A DNA stretch of 62,567 nucleotides, counting the filler, from Nemertoderma westbladi (taxonomy: Eukaryota; Animalia; Xenacoelomorpha): NCBI GenBank assembly GCA_032718475.1. It is 4 parts of 4 records of this genome, joined end to end, with 100 filler letters (N's around TTAATTAATTAA, not from the genome) between each part and the next. Parts side by side here need not be neighbours in the genome. Positions count along the whole stretch, not along the records: positions 1 to 28,342 come from JAUCBJ010001736.1; 3 more parts are not named here. One strand, written 5' to 3'. Under the pieces are notes generated by a model. It was not told the DNA's origin. It searched no databases and was given only the letters and a program-made list of their open reading frames with translations. This document shows positions 13,441-28,442 of the stretch, piece after piece. The position numbers and the translations under genes were made by a program. The stretch's first letter is position 1; each line of letters starts with the position of its first letter.

Positions 13441-14150
13441 GGACGCCCTATTCTGTTATTAGTTTGGTTGACTTCGATGGTCGACTATACGAGATATATA
13501 ATTACACTACGCCTTTATATAACAATTGTTAATTCAATTATTTACTATTTTAAGCGGTCACAATATGAAAGCTACGTTTTACAGCAATAATCCTGTGCAA
13601 CATCTTGTGTTTATTGTCTTTATCAGCAATATTTGGCTTTGTATGAATGTGACGACTTAGTTATTTAGCTTGTACGTCATTTGAAATTTTGTTATTAGAC
13701 AGTTTGCTATAATTTCATATCCTGCATTGACGGAATATCTGAGTTGAAGGTTGTTTATATTTAATTTACTCTGCTATTTAATTGATTTGCCTTTGCCTCC
13801 TGCAGTTTGTGATATTTAGACCTTATTTACACTTTGTTTATTTTAGACCTTTAATTCGGTTATTTACTTATATTATTATTTGTCAAGGAAAGTGATTCAA
13901 TCATACAAATTAGTGTGGCTTATTACTTAATTTGTATATTATTTTGCATTATATTTAGTATCCTGCATTTAAATATGTGGAGACTACATGTACAACTTTG
14001 TATCTACAGTTATAGAACGCCTTACCGCAGAACCTTCCAAGTTGAATTTAGAGTAGGTTTTTTATATTTTGTTTGTTATCTTAGACGAGCCTTATCTTTA
14101 TAAAATATTTTTTGGCAGTACATCGTGAAATAAAAATGATTTGGGAGCGG

Positions 14151-15045
14151 TGTTTGCGCCTCTAATAACTTTACAATCAGTGAATCAAATTCACTTATAA
14201 GAACTCCATATGTATATTGTATATTAATTTGGCCATGTTCATATTGTAGATTACGTAACTAAACAATCAGCCAATAGATGGCCTTTATCAATAGCAGAGT
14301 AATGACGTGCAATGTCTTCCGGTTACCGGTACTGGTGCTGCCCTATAAATACTGAATTTAGGACACATTCCTTCATTCTGATTATTATTATCTATATAGT
14401 TTTCTGTGAATATTTTGAGTGACCAAAAAGTATTAACTATAACCTATACCCCATACCCATAACCATACATACATACATACATACCCACATATTGTATCTG
14501 CATTCTGCTATCTGTTAAATTGCTATTTATGTAATTATTGTTTATTATTTGATGGAATGCAATATACGGCTACATTACGCGAATCTGTTTCTTCTGTTCT
14601 TCTAACAAACGACTACCGGTAGCAGACTTCTGGACTTGGACTGTTGGAAAGAAAGGGAACGATCTGAATCGGAAATAGGAACAGACATCGGAATTATTTG
14701 GATTAACGGTCAGTAACCCGGAACTGGTATTCTCTCTATAGACTGGTGGTTGCGGCCTTAGGTTTTGGTGAATTTGCACTGTGCCTGTATGTTTTCCCTG
14801 ACAGCCCAATTACTTCACCTTTATTCCTACTAGGGTCTTCATGGGTCCGTTCTTTCTCAATATATAGGCCTAGCCAGATAGCAGTTTTAGCTTGGGTTTT
14901 TGTATTTTGGCAGTTTGGGTTCAGCAATCAATTAGCGTTAATTACATTCCATCATACTCATGTCTTTACTATAAAAAACCAAAATACTGTCCGGTTTTAA
15001 CGCGCAGACTCACAGAAAATTTATGCATATCTAGCCGCGTAAACA
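14151..15045 (+). mobile_element. 3' LTR of BEL element B
   Basis: Purine-rich GGGAGCGG immediately before TGTTTGCGC; ends GCGTAAACA (8/9 inverted match). Internal CCAAT and TATAAATA (~14344). The satellite begins right after the final CA. Confidence 0.7.
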
Positions 15046-18000
15046 AATAAATATTCTAGAACACAGCAATATTAATAGGGAGATAGGCTACTTATCTCTC
15101 CACGCATACAACCACAGATAGGGGGTGTTCTGACCCTATCAAAATTCATTCATCTTCAGCGGAAAGACGTAGCAAATAACAACTGATTACTTCTATAAAT
15201 GTAAGTGTTACCTGTTCTTTTGACTTTCATTTAAGATTCTCTATCTCGTGGAGTGGGTTAGAAGATATAAATTAGAAAATCGATATGGTTTTTAAAAAAA
15301 ATATGAGGATATTTTGATAAATTATTACAGAAAAACACTAAGTATTTTGACATGGCTTTAATACTTCATTATGTTCATGAAATAGCTGAGATATTTGAGG
15401 TGAATTATTGCATTACATAATAACTTTAGCTCCAGCCACTTTAGCAATACGATGAAACTATAATAAATATTCTAGAACACAACAATATTAATAGGGAGAT
15501 AGGCTACTTATCTCTCCACTCATACAACCACAGATAGGCAGTGTTCTGACACAATCAAAATTCATCCATCTCCAGCGGAAAGACGTAGCAAATAACAGCT
15601 GATTACTTCTATAAATGTAAGTGTTACCTGTTCTTTTGACTTTCATTTAAGATTCTCTATCTCGTGGAGTGGGATAGAAGTTATAAATATGAAAATCGAT
15701 ATGGTTTTTGTAAAAAAACAGAGGATATTTTGATAAATTATTGCAGAAAAACACCAATGATTTTGACATGGCTTTAATACTTCATTATGTTCATGAAATA
15801 GCTGAGATATTTGAGGTGAATTATTGCATTACATAATAACTTTAGCTCCAGCCACTTTAGCAATACGATGAAACTATAATAAATATTCTAGAACACAACA
15901 ATATTAATAGGGAGATAGGCTACTTATCTCTCCACTCATACAACCACAGATAGGGGGTTTTCTGACACAATCAAAATTCATTCATCAACAGCGGAAAGAC
16001 GTAGCAAATAACAGCTGATTACTTCTATAAATGTAAGTGTTACCTGTTCTTTTGATTTTCATTTAAGATTATCTATCTCGTGGAGTGGGTTAAAAGTTCT
16101 AATATTAAAATCGATATGGTTATAGTAAAGAATCAGAGGATATTTTGATAAATTATTGCAGAAAAACACCAATTATTTTGACATGGCTTTAATACTTCAT
16201 TATGTTCATGAAATAGCTGAGATATTTGAGGTGAATTATTGCATTACATAATAACTTTAGCTCCAGCCACTTTAGCAATACGATGAAACAATAATAAATA
16301 TTCTAGAACACAGCAATATTAATAGGGAGATAGGATACTTATCTCTCCACTCAGAAAGCCACAGATAGGGGGTGTTCCAACGCAATCAAAATTAATCCAT
16401 CTCCAGCGGAAAGACGTAGCAAATAACAGCTGATTACTTCTATAAATGTAAGTGTTACCTGTTCTTTTGACGTTCATTTAAGATTCTCTATCTCGTGGAG
16501 TGGGATAGAAGTTATAAATATGAAAATTGATATGGTTTTTGAAAAAAATCAGAGGATATTTTGATAAATTATTGCAGAAAAATACCAAGGATTTTGACAT
16601 GGATTTAATACTTCATTATGTTCATGAAATAGCTGAGATATTTGAGGTGAATTATTGTATTATGAGACAACTTCAGCTCTAGTCACTTTGGCAATACGAT
16701 GAAACTATAAAAAATATTCTAGAACACAACAATATTAATAGGGAGATAGGATACTTATCTCTCCACTCAGAAAGCCACAGATAGGGGGTGTTCCAACGCA
16801 ATCAAAATTCATCCATCTCCAGTGGAAAGACGTAGCAAATAACAGCTGATTACTTCCATAAATATAAGTGTTACCTGTTCTTTTGACTTTCATTTAAGAT
16901 ACTTTATCTCGTTGAGTGGGATAGAAGTTATAAATATGAAAATTGATATGGTTTTTGAAAAAAATTAGAGGATATTTTGATAAATTATTGCAGAAAAATA
17001 CCAAGGAATTTGACATGGATTTAATACTTCATTATGTTCATGAAATAGCTGAGATATTTGAGGTGAATTATTGTATTATGAGTCAACTTCAGCTCTAGTC
17101 ACTTTGGCAATACGATGAAACTATAATAAATATTCTAGAACACAACAATATTAACAGGGAGATAGGCTACTTATCTCTCCTCTCAGACAGCCACAGATAG
17201 GGGGTGTTCCAACGCAATCAAAATTCATCCATCTCCAGCGGAAAGACGTAGCAAATAACAGCTGATTACTGCTATAAATGTAAGTGTTACCTGTTCTTTT
17301 GACGTTCATTTAAGATTCTCTATCTCGTGGAGTGGGATAGAAGTTATAAATAAGAAAATCGATGTGGTTTTTGAAAAAAATCAGAGGATATTTTGATAAA
17401 TTATTGCAGAAAAATACCAAGGAATTTTACATGGATTTAATACTTCAATATGTTCATGAAATAGCTGAGATATTTGAGGTGAATTATTGTATTATGAGTC
17501 AACTTCAGCTCTAGTCACTTTGGCAATACGATGAAACTATAATAAATATTCTAGAACACAACAATATTAACAGGGAGATAGGCTACTTATCTCTCCTCTC
17601 AGACAGCCACATATAGGGGGTGTTCCAACGCAATCAAAATTCATCCATCTCCAGTGGAAAGACGTAGCAAATAACAACTGATTACTTCTATAAATGTAAG
17701 TGTTACCTGTTCTTTTGACTTTCATTTAAGATTCTCTATCTCGTGGAGTGGGTTAGAAGATATAAATTAGAAAATCGATATGGTTTTTAAAAAAAATATG
17801 AGGATATTTTGATAAATTATTACAGAAAAACACTAAGTATTTTGACATGGCTTTAATACTTCATTATGTTCATGAAATAGCTGTGATATTTGAGGTGAAT
17901 TATTGCATTACATAATAACTTTAGCTACAGCCACTTTAGCAATACGATGAAACTATAATAAATATTCTAGAACACAACAATATAAACACGGAAATAGGAT

Positions 18001-21000
18001 ACTTATCTCTCCACTTAGACAGCCACAGATAGGCGGTGTTCTGACACAATCAAAATTCATCCATCTCCAGCGGAAAGACGTAGCAAATAACAGCTGATTA
18101 CTGCTATAAATGTAAGTGTTACCTGTTCTTTTGATTTTCATTTAAGATTATCTATCTCGTGGAGTGGGTTAGAAGTTATAAATATTAAAATCGATATGGT
18201 TATAGTAAAGAATCAGAGGATATTTTGATAAATTATTGCAGAAAGACACCTATTATTTTGACATGGCTTTAATACTTCATTATGTTCATGAAATAGCTGA
18301 GATATTTGAGGTGAATTATTGCATTACATAATAACTTTAGCTCCAGCCACTTTAGCAATACGATGAAACAATAATAAATATTCTAGAACACAGCAATATT
18401 AATATGGAGATAGGATACTTATCTCTCCACTCAGAAAGCCACAGATAGGGGGTGTTCCAATGCAATCAAAATTAATCCATCTCCAGCGGAAAGACGTAGC
18501 AAATAACAGCTGATTACTTCTATAAATGTAAGTGTTACCTGTTCTTTTGACTTTCATTTAAGATTCTTTATCTCGTTGATTGGGATAGAAGTTATAAATA
18601 TGAAAATTGATATGGTTTTTGAAAAAAATCAGAGGATATTTTGATAAATTATTGCAGAAAAATACCAAGGATTTTGACATGGATTTAATACTTCATTATG
18701 TTCATGAAATAGCTGAGATATTTGAGGTGAATTATTGTATTATGAGACAACTTCAGCTCTAGTCACTTTGGCAATACGATGAAACTATAAAAAATATTCT
18801 AGAACACAACAATATTAATAGGGAGATAGGATACTTATCTCTCCACTCAGAAAGCCACAGATAGGGGGTGTTCCAACGCAATCAAAATTCATCCATCTCC
18901 AGCGGAAAGACGTAGCAAATAACAGCTGATTACTTCCATAAATGTAAGTGTTACCTGTTCTTTTGACTTTCATTTAAGATACTTTATCTCGTGGAGTGGG
19001 ATAGAAGTTATAAATATGAAAATCGATATGGTTTTTGTAAAAAAACAGAGGATATTTTGATAAATTATTGCAGAAAAACACCAATGATTTTGACATGGCT
19101 TTAATACTTCATTATGTTCATGAAATAGCTGAGATATTTGAGGTGAATTATTGCATTACATAATAACTTTAGCTCCAGCCACTTTAGCAATACGATGAAA
19201 CTATAATAAATATTCTAGAACACAACAATATTAATAGGGAGATAGGCTACTTATCTCTCCACTCATACAACCACAGATAGGGGGTTTTCTGACACAATCA
19301 AAATTCATTCATCAACAGCGGAAAGACGTAGCAAATAACAGCTGATTACTTCTATAAATGTAAGTGTTACCTGTTCTTTTGATTTTCATTTAAGATTATC
19401 TATCTCGTGGAGTGGGTTAGAAGTTCTAATATTAAAATCGATATGGTTATAGTAAAGAATCAGAGGATATTTTGATAAATTATTGCAGAAAAACACCAAT
19501 TATTTTGACATGGCTTTAATACTTCATTATGTTCATGAAATAGCTGAGATATTTGAGGTGAATTATTGCATTACATAATAACTTTAGCTCCAGCCACTTT
19601 AGCAATACGATGAAACAATAATAAATATTCTAGAACACAGCAATATTAATAGGGAGATAGGATACTTATCTCTCCACTCAGAAAGCCACAGATAGGGGGT
19701 GTTCCAACGCAATCAAAATTAATCCATCTCCAGCGGAAAGACGTAGCAAATAACAGCTGATTACTTCTATAAATGTAAGTGTTACCTGTTCTTTTGACGT
19801 TCATTTAAGATTCTCTATCTCGTGGAGTGGGATAGAAGTTATAAATATGAAAATTGATATGGTTTTTGAAAAATATCAGAGGATATTTTGATAAATTATT
19901 GCAGAAAAATACCAAGGATTTTGACATGGATTTAATACTTCATTATGTTCATGAAATAGCTGAGATATTTGAGGTGAATTATTGTATTATGAGACAACTT
20001 CAGCTCTAGTCACTTTGGCAATACGATGAAACTATAAAAAATATTCTAGAACACAACAATATTAATAGGGAGATAGGATACTTATCTCTCCACTCAGAAA
20101 GCCACAGATAGGGGGTGTTCCAACGCAATCAAAATTCATCCATCTCCAGCGGAAAGACGTAGCAAATAACAGCTGATTACTTCCATAAATGTAAGTGTTA
20201 CCTGTTCTTTTGACTTTCATTTAAGATACTTTATCTCGTTGAGTGGGATAGAAGTTATAAATATGAAAATTGATATGGTTTTTGAAAAAAATTAGAGTAT
20301 ATTTTGATAAATTATTGCAGAAAAATACCAAGGAATTTGACATGGATTTAATACTTCATTATGTTCATGAAATAGCTGAGATATTTGAGGTGAATTATTG
20401 TATTATGAGTCAACTTCAGCTCTAGTCACTTTGGCAATACGATGAAACTATAATAAATATTCTAGAACACAACAATATTAACAGGGAGATAGGCTACTTA
20501 TCTCTCCTCTCAGACAGCCACAGATAGGGGGTGTTCCAACGCAATCAAAATTCATCCATCTCCAGCGGAAAGACGTAGCAAATAACAGCTGATTACTGCT
20601 ATAAATGTAAGTGTTACCTGTTCTTTTGACGTTCATTTAAGATTCTCTATCTCGTGGAGTGGGATAGAAGTTATAAATAAGAAAATCGATGTGGTTTTTG
20701 AAAAAAATCAGAGGATATTTTGATAAATTATTGCAGAAAAATACCAAGGAATTTGACATGGATTTAATACTTCAATATGTTCATGAAATAGCTGAGATAT
20801 TTGAGGTGAATTATTCTATTATGAGTCAACTTCAGCTCTAGTCACTTTGGCAATACGATGAAACTATAATAAATATTCTAGAACACAACAATATTAACAG
20901 GGAGATAGGCTACTTATCTCTCCACTCAGAAAGCCACAGATAGGGGGTGTTCCAACGCAATCAAAATTCATCCATCTCCAGTGGAAAGACGTAGCAAATA

Positions 21001-24000
21001 ACAGCTGATTACTTCTATAAATGTAAGTGTTACCTGTTCTTTTGACGTTCATTTAAGATTCTCTATCTCGTGGAGTGGGATAGAAGTTATAAATATGAAA
21101 ATTGATATGGTTTTTGAAAAAAATCAGAGGATATTTTGATAAATTATTGCAGAAAAATACCAAGGATTTTGACATGGATTTAATACTTCATTATGTTCAT
21201 GAAATAGCTGAGATATTTGAGGTGAATTATTGTATTATGAGACAACTTCAGCTCTAGTCACTTTGGCAATACGATGAAACTATAAAAAATATTCTAGAAC
21301 ACAACAATATTAATAGGGAGATAGGATACTTATCTCTCCACTCAGAAAGCCACAGATAGGGGGTTTTCCAACGCAATCAAAATTCATCCATCTCCAGCGG
21401 AAAGACGTAGCACATAACAGCCTATTACTTCTATAAATGTAAGTGTTACCTGTTCTTTTGACTTTCATTTAAGATACTTTATCTCGTTGAGTGGGATAGA
21501 AGTTATAAATATGAAAATTGATATGGTTATTGAAAAAAATCAGAGGATATTTTGATAAATTATTGCAGAAAAATACCAAGGAATTTGACATGGATTTAAT
21601 ACTTCATTATGTTCATGAAATAGCTGAGATATTTGAGGTGAATTATTGTATTATGAGTCAACTTCAGCTCTAGTCACTTTGGCAATACGATGAAACTATA
21701 ATAAATATTCTAGAACACAACAATATTAACAGGGAGATAGGCTACTTATCTATCCACTCAGACAGCCACAGATAGGGGGTGTTCCAACGCAATCAAAATC
21801 CATCCATCTCCAGCGGAAAGACGTAGCAAATAACAGCTGATTACTGCTATAAATGTAAGTGTTACCTGTTCTGTTGACGTTCATTTAAGATTCTCTATCT
21901 CGTGGAGTGGGATAGAAGTTATAAATAAGAAAATCGATGTGGTTTTTGAAAAAAATCAGAGGATATTTTGATAAATTATTGCAGAAAAACACCAATGATT
22001 TTGACATGGCTTTAATACTTCATTATGTTCATGAAATAGCTGAGATATTTGAGGTGAATTATTGTATTATGAGTTAACTTCAGCTCTAGTCACTTTGGCA
22101 ATACAATGAAACTATAAAAAATATTCTAGAACACAACAATATTAATAGGGAGATAGGATACTTATCTCTCCACTCAGAAAGCCACAGATAGGGGGTGTTC
22201 TAACGCAATCAAAATTAATCCATCTCCAGCGGAAAGACGTAGCAAATAACAGCTGATTACTGCTATAAATGTAAGTGTTACCTGTTCTTTTGACGTTCAT
22301 TTAAGATTCTCTATCTCGTGGAGTGGGATAGAAGTTATAAATATGAAAATCGATATGGTTTTTGTAAAAAATCAGAGGATATTTTGATAAATTATTGCAG
22401 AAAAACACCAAGGATTTTGACATGGCTTTAATACTTCATTATGTTAATGAAATAGCTGAGATATTTGAGGTGAATTATTGAACACAACAATATTAACAGG
22501 GAGATAGGCTACTTATCTCTCCTCTCAGACAGCCACAGATAGGGGGTGTTCCAACGCAATCAAAATTCATCCATCTCCAGCGGAAAGACGTAGCAAATAA
22601 CAGCTGATTACTGCTATAAATGTAAGTGTTACCTGTTCTTTTGACGTTCATTTAAGATTCTCTATCTCGTGGAGTGGGATAGAAGTTATAAATAAGAAAA
22701 TCGATGTGGTTTTTGAAAAAAATCAGAGGATATTTTGATAAATTATTGCAGAAAAACACCAATGATTTTGACATGGCTTTAATACTTCATTATGTTCATG
22801 AAATAGCGGAGATATTTGAGGTGAATTATTGTATTATGAGTTAACTTCAGCTCTAGTCACTTTGGCAATACGATGAAACTATAAAAAATGTTCTAGAACA
22901 CAACAATATTAATAGGGAGATAGGATACTTATCTCTCCACTCAGAAAGCCACAGATAGGGGGTGTTCCAATGCAATCAAAATTCATCCATCTCCAGCGGA
23001 AAGACGTAGCAAATAACAGCTGATTACTTCTATAAATGTAAGTGTTACCTGTTCTTTTGACGTTCATTTAAGATTCTCAATCTCGTGGAGTGGGATAGAA
23101 GTTATAAATATGAAAATTGATATGGTTTTTGAAAAAAATCAGAGGATATTTTGATAAATTATTGCAGAAAAAAACCAAGGATTTTGACATGGATTTAATA
23201 CTTCATTATGTTCATGAAATAGCTGAGATATTTGAGGTGAATTATTGTATTATGAGACAACTTGAGCTCTAGTCACTTTGGCAATACGATGAAACTATAA
23301 AAAATATTCAACACAACAATATTAATAGGGAGATAGGATACTTATCTCTCCACTCAGAAAGCCACAGATAGGGGGTGTTCCAACGCAATCAAAATTCATC
23401 CATCTCCAGCAGAAAGACGTAGCAAATAACAGCTGATTACTTCTATAAATGTAAGTGTTACCTGTTCTTTTGACTTTCATTTAAGATACTTTATCTCGTT
23501 GAGTGGGATAGAAGTTATAAATATGAAAATTGATATGGTTTTTTAAAAAAATCAGAGGATATTTTGATAAATTATTGCAGAAAAATACCAAGGAATTTGA
23601 CATGGATTTTTACTTCATTATGTTCATGAAATAGCTGAGATATTTGAGGTGAATTATTGTATTATGAGTCAACTTCAGCTCTAGTCACTTTGGCAATACG
23701 ATGAAACTATAATAAATATTCTAGAACACAACAATATTAACAGGGAGATAGGCTACTTATCTCTCCACTCAGAAAGCCACAGATAGGGGGTGTTCCAACG
23801 CAATCAAAATTCATCCATCTCCAGTGGAAAGACGTAGCAAATAACAGCTGATTACTTCTATAAATGTAAGTGTTACCTGTTCTTTTGACGTTCATTTAAG
23901 ATTCTCTATCTCGTGGAGTGGGATAGAAGTTATAAATATGAAAATTGATATGGTTTTTGAAAAAAATCAGAGGATATTTTGATAAATTATTGCAGAAAAA

Positions 24001-27000
24001 TACCAAGGATTTTGACATGGATTTAATACTTCATTATGTTCATGAAATAGCTGAGATATTTGAGGTGAATTATTGTATTATGAGACAACTTCAGCTCTAG
24101 TCACTTTGGCAATACGATGAAACTATAAAAAATATTCTAGAACACAACAATATTAATAGGGAGATAGGATACTTATCTCTCCACTCAGAAAGCCACAGAT
24201 AGGGGGTGTTCCAACGCAATCAAAATTCATCCATCTCCAGCGGAAAGACGTAGCACATAACAGCCTATTACTTCTATAAATGTAAGTGTTACCTGTTCTT
24301 TTGACTTTCATTTAAGATACTTTATCTCGTTGAGTGGGATAGAAGTTATAAATATGAAAATTGATATGGTTATTGAAAAAAATCAGAGGATATTTTGATA
24401 AATTATTGCAGAAAAATACCAAGGAATTTGACATGGATTTAATACTTCATTATGTTCATGAAATAGCTGAGATATTTGAGGTGAATTATTGTATTATGAG
24501 TCAACTTCAGCTCTAGTCACTTTGGCAATACGATGAAACTATAATAAATATTCTAGAACACAACAATATTAACAGGGAGATAGGCTACTTATCTATCCAC
24601 TCAGACAGCCACAGATAGGGGGTGTTCCAACGCAATCAAAATCCATCCATCTCCAGCGGAAAGACGTAGCAAATAACAGCTGATTACTGCTATAAATGTA
24701 AGTGTTACCTGTTCTGTTGACGTTCATTTAAGATTCTCTATCTCGTGGAGTGGGATAGAAGTTATAAATAAGAAAATCGATGTGGTTTTTGAAAAAAATC
24801 AGAGGATATTTTGATAAATTATTGCAGAAAAACACCAATGATTTTGACATGGCTTTAATACTTCATTATGTTCATGAAATAGCTGAGATATTTGAGGTGA
24901 ATTATTGTATTATGAGTTAACTTCAGCTCTAGTCACTTTGGCAATACAATGAAACTATAAAAAATATTCTAGAACACAACAATATTAATAGGGAGATAGG
25001 ATACTTATCTCTCCACTCAGAAAGCCACAGATAGGGGGTGTTCTAACGCAATCAAAATTAATCCATCTCCAGCGGAAAGACGTAGCAAATAACAGCTGAT
25101 TACTGCTATAAATGTAAGTGTTACCTGTTCTTTTGACGTTCATTTAAGATTCTCTATCTCGTGGAGTGGGATAGAAGTTATAAATATGAAAATCGATATG
25201 GTTTTTGTAAAAAATCAGAGGATATTTTGATAAATTATTGCAGAAAAACACCAAGGATTTTGACATGGCTTTAATACTTCATTATGTTCATGAAATAGCT
25301 GAGATATTTGAGGTGAATTATTGAACACAACAATATTAACAGGGAGATAGGCTACTTATCTCTCCTCTCAGACAGCCACAGATAGGGGGTGTTCCAACGC
25401 AATCAAAATTCATCCATCTCCAGCGGAAAGACGTAGCAAATAACAGCTGATTACTGCTATAAATGTAAGTGTTACCTGTTCTTTTGACGTTCATTTAAGA
25501 TTCTCTATCTCGTGGAGTGGGATAGAAGTTATAAATAAGAAAATCGATGTGGTTTTTGAAAAAAATCAGAGGATATTTTGATAAATTATTGCAGAAAAAC
25601 ACCAATGATTTTGACATGGCTTTAATACTTCATTATGTTCATGAAATAGCGGAGATATTTGAGGTGAATTATTGTATTATGAGTTAACTTCAGCTCTAGT
25701 CACTTTGGCAATACGATGAAACTATAAAAAATGTTCTAGAACACAACAATATTAATAGGGAGATAGGATACTTATCTCTCCACTCAGAAAGCCACAGATA
25801 GGGGGTGTTCCAATGCAATCAAAATTCATCCATCTCCAGCGGAAAGACGTAGCAAATAACAGCTGATTACTTCTATAAATGTAAGTGTTACCTGTTCTTT
25901 TGACGTTCATTTAAGATTCTCAATCTCGTGGAGTGGGATAGAAGTTATAAATATGAAAATTGATATGGTTTTTGAAAAAAATCAGAGGATATTTTGATAA
26001 ATTATTGCAGAAAAAAACCAAGGATTTTGACATGGATTTAATAGTTCATTATGTTCATGAAATAGCTGAGATATTTGAGGTGAATTATTGTATTATGAGA
26101 CAACTTGAGCTCTAGTCACTTTGGCAATACGATGAAACTATAAAAAATATTCAACACAACAATATTAATAGGGAGATAGGATACTTATCTCTCCACTCAG
26201 AAAGCCACAGATAGGGGGTGTTCCAACGCAATCAAAATTCATCCATCTCCAGCGGAAAGACGTAGCAAATAACAGCTGATTACTTCTATAAATGTAAGTG
26301 TTACCTGTTCTTTTGACGTTCATTTAAGATTCTCAATCTCGTCGAGTGGGATAGAAGTTATAAATATGAAAATTGATATGGTTTTTGAAAAAAATCAGAG
26401 GATATTTTGATAAATTATTGCAGAAAAAAACCAAGGATTTTGACATGGATTTAATAGTTCATTATGTTCATGAAATAGCTGAGATATTTGAGGTGAATTA
26501 TTGTATTATGAGTCAACTTCAGCTCTAGTCACTTTGGCAATACGATGAAACTATAATAAATATTCTAGAACACAACAATATTAACAGGGAGATAGGCTAC
26601 TTATCTATCCACTCAGACAGCCACAGATAGGGGGTGTTCCAACGCAATCAAAATCCATCCATCTCCAGCGGAAAGACGTAGCAAATAACAGCTGATTACT
26701 GCTATAAATGTAAGTGTTACCTGTTCTGTTGACGTTCATTTAAGATTCTCTATCTCGTGGAGTGGGATAGAAGTTATAAATAAGAAAATCGATGTGGTTT
26801 TTGAAAAAAATCAGAGGATATTTTGATAAATTATTGCAGAAAAACACCAATGATTTTGACATGGCTTTAATACTTCATTATGTTCATGAAATAGCTGAGA
26901 TATTTGAGGTGAATTATTGTATTATGAGTTAACTTCAGCTCTAGTCACTTTGGCAATACAATGAAACTATAAAAAATATTCTAGAACACAACAATATTAA

Positions 27001-28342
27001 TAGGGAGATAGGATACTTATCTCTCCACTCAGAAAGCCACAGATAGGGGGTGTTCTAACGCAATCAAAATTAATCCATCTCCAGCGGAAAGACATAGCAA
27101 ATAACAGCTGATTACTGCTATAAATGTAAGTGTTACCTGTTCTTTTGACGTTCATTTAAGATTCTCTATCTCGTGGAGTGGGATAGAAGTTATAAATATG
27201 AAAATCGATATGGTTTTTGTAAAAAATCAGAGGATATTTTGATAAATTATTGCAGAAAAACACCAAGGATTTTGACATGGCTTTAATACTTCATTATGTT
27301 CATGAAATAGCTGAGATATTTGAGGTGAATTATTGAACACAACAATATTAACAGGGAGATAGGCTACTTATCTCTCCTCTCAGACAGCCACAGATAGGGG
27401 GTGTTCCAACGCAATCAAAATTCATCCATCTCCAGCGGAAAGACGTAGCAAATAACAGCTGATTACTGCTATAAATGTAAGTGTTACCTGTTCTTTTGAC
27501 GTTCATTTAAGATTCTCTATCTCGTGGAGTGGGATAGAAGTTATAAATAAGAAAATCGATGTGGTTTTTGAAAAAAATCAGAGGATATTTTGATAAATTA
27601 TTGCAGAAAAACACCAATGATTTTGACATGGCTTTAATTCTTCATTATGTTCATGAAATAGCGGAGATATTTGAGGTGAATTATTGTATTATGAGTTAAC
27701 TTCAGCTCTAGTCACTTTGGCAATACGATGAAACTATAAAAAATGTTCTAGAACACAACAATATTAATAGGGAGATAGGATACTTATCTCTCCACTCAGA
27801 AAGCCACAGATAGGGGGTGTTCCAATGCAATCAAAATTCATCCATCTCCAGCGGAAAGACGTAGCAAATAACAGCTGATTACTTCTATAAATGTAAGTGT
27901 TACCTGTTCTTTTGACGTTCATTTAAGATTCTCAATCTCGTGGAGTGGGATAGAAGTTATAAATATGAAAATTGATATGGTTTTTGAAAAAAATCAGAGG
28001 ATATTTTGATAAATTATTGCAGAAAAAAACCAAGGATTTTGACATGGATTTAATACTTCATTATGTTCATGAAATAGCTGAGATATTTGAGGTGAATTAT
28101 TGTATTATGAGACAACTTGAGCTCTAGTCACTTTGGCAATACGATGAAACTATAAAAAATATTCAACACAACAATATTAATAGGGAGATAGGATACTTAT
28201 CTCTCCACTCAGAAAGCCACAGATAGGGGGTGTTCCAACGCAATCAAAATTCATCCATCTCCAGCAGAAAGACGTAGCAAATAACAGCTGATTACTTCTA
28301 TAAATGTAAGTGTTACCTGTTCTTTTGACTTTCATTTAAGAT
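15046..28342. repeat. 416-bp satellite DNA array (~32 monomers, runs off the contig end)
   Basis: TTCTAGAACAC recurs at 16301, 16717, 17133 and 17549 (period 416). Two subtypes differ after GAATTATTG (CATTACATAATAACTTTAGC vs TATTATGAG.CAACTTCAGC). Three monomers carry the same ~65-bp deletion. Confidence 0.99.
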
Positions 28343-28442
28343 NNNNNNNNNNNNNNNNNNNNNNNNNNNNNNNNNNNNNNNNNNNNTTAATTAATTAANN
28401 NNNNNNNNNNNNNNNNNNNNNNNNNNNNNNNNNNNNNNNNNN
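28343..28442. other. Artificial contig spacer N44-TTAATTAATTAA-N44
   Basis: Exactly 100 bp with a six-frame stop linker; identical at three places. Confidence 0.98.

Larger units (their letters stand above)
6433..15045 (+). mobile_element. BEL/Pao LTR retrotransposon (element B), 5' LTR missing, RT deleted
   Basis: Domain order gag-PR-(RT missing)-RNaseH-IN, then a PPT-like tract and a 3' LTR. Confidence 0.92.

Noticed and set aside
15046-28342. Hammerhead ribozyme or coding capacity in the satellite (including ORF 17953-18141)
   Set aside because: GAAAC is present, but I found no CTGANGA core on either strand. The ORF is open in only one monomer.
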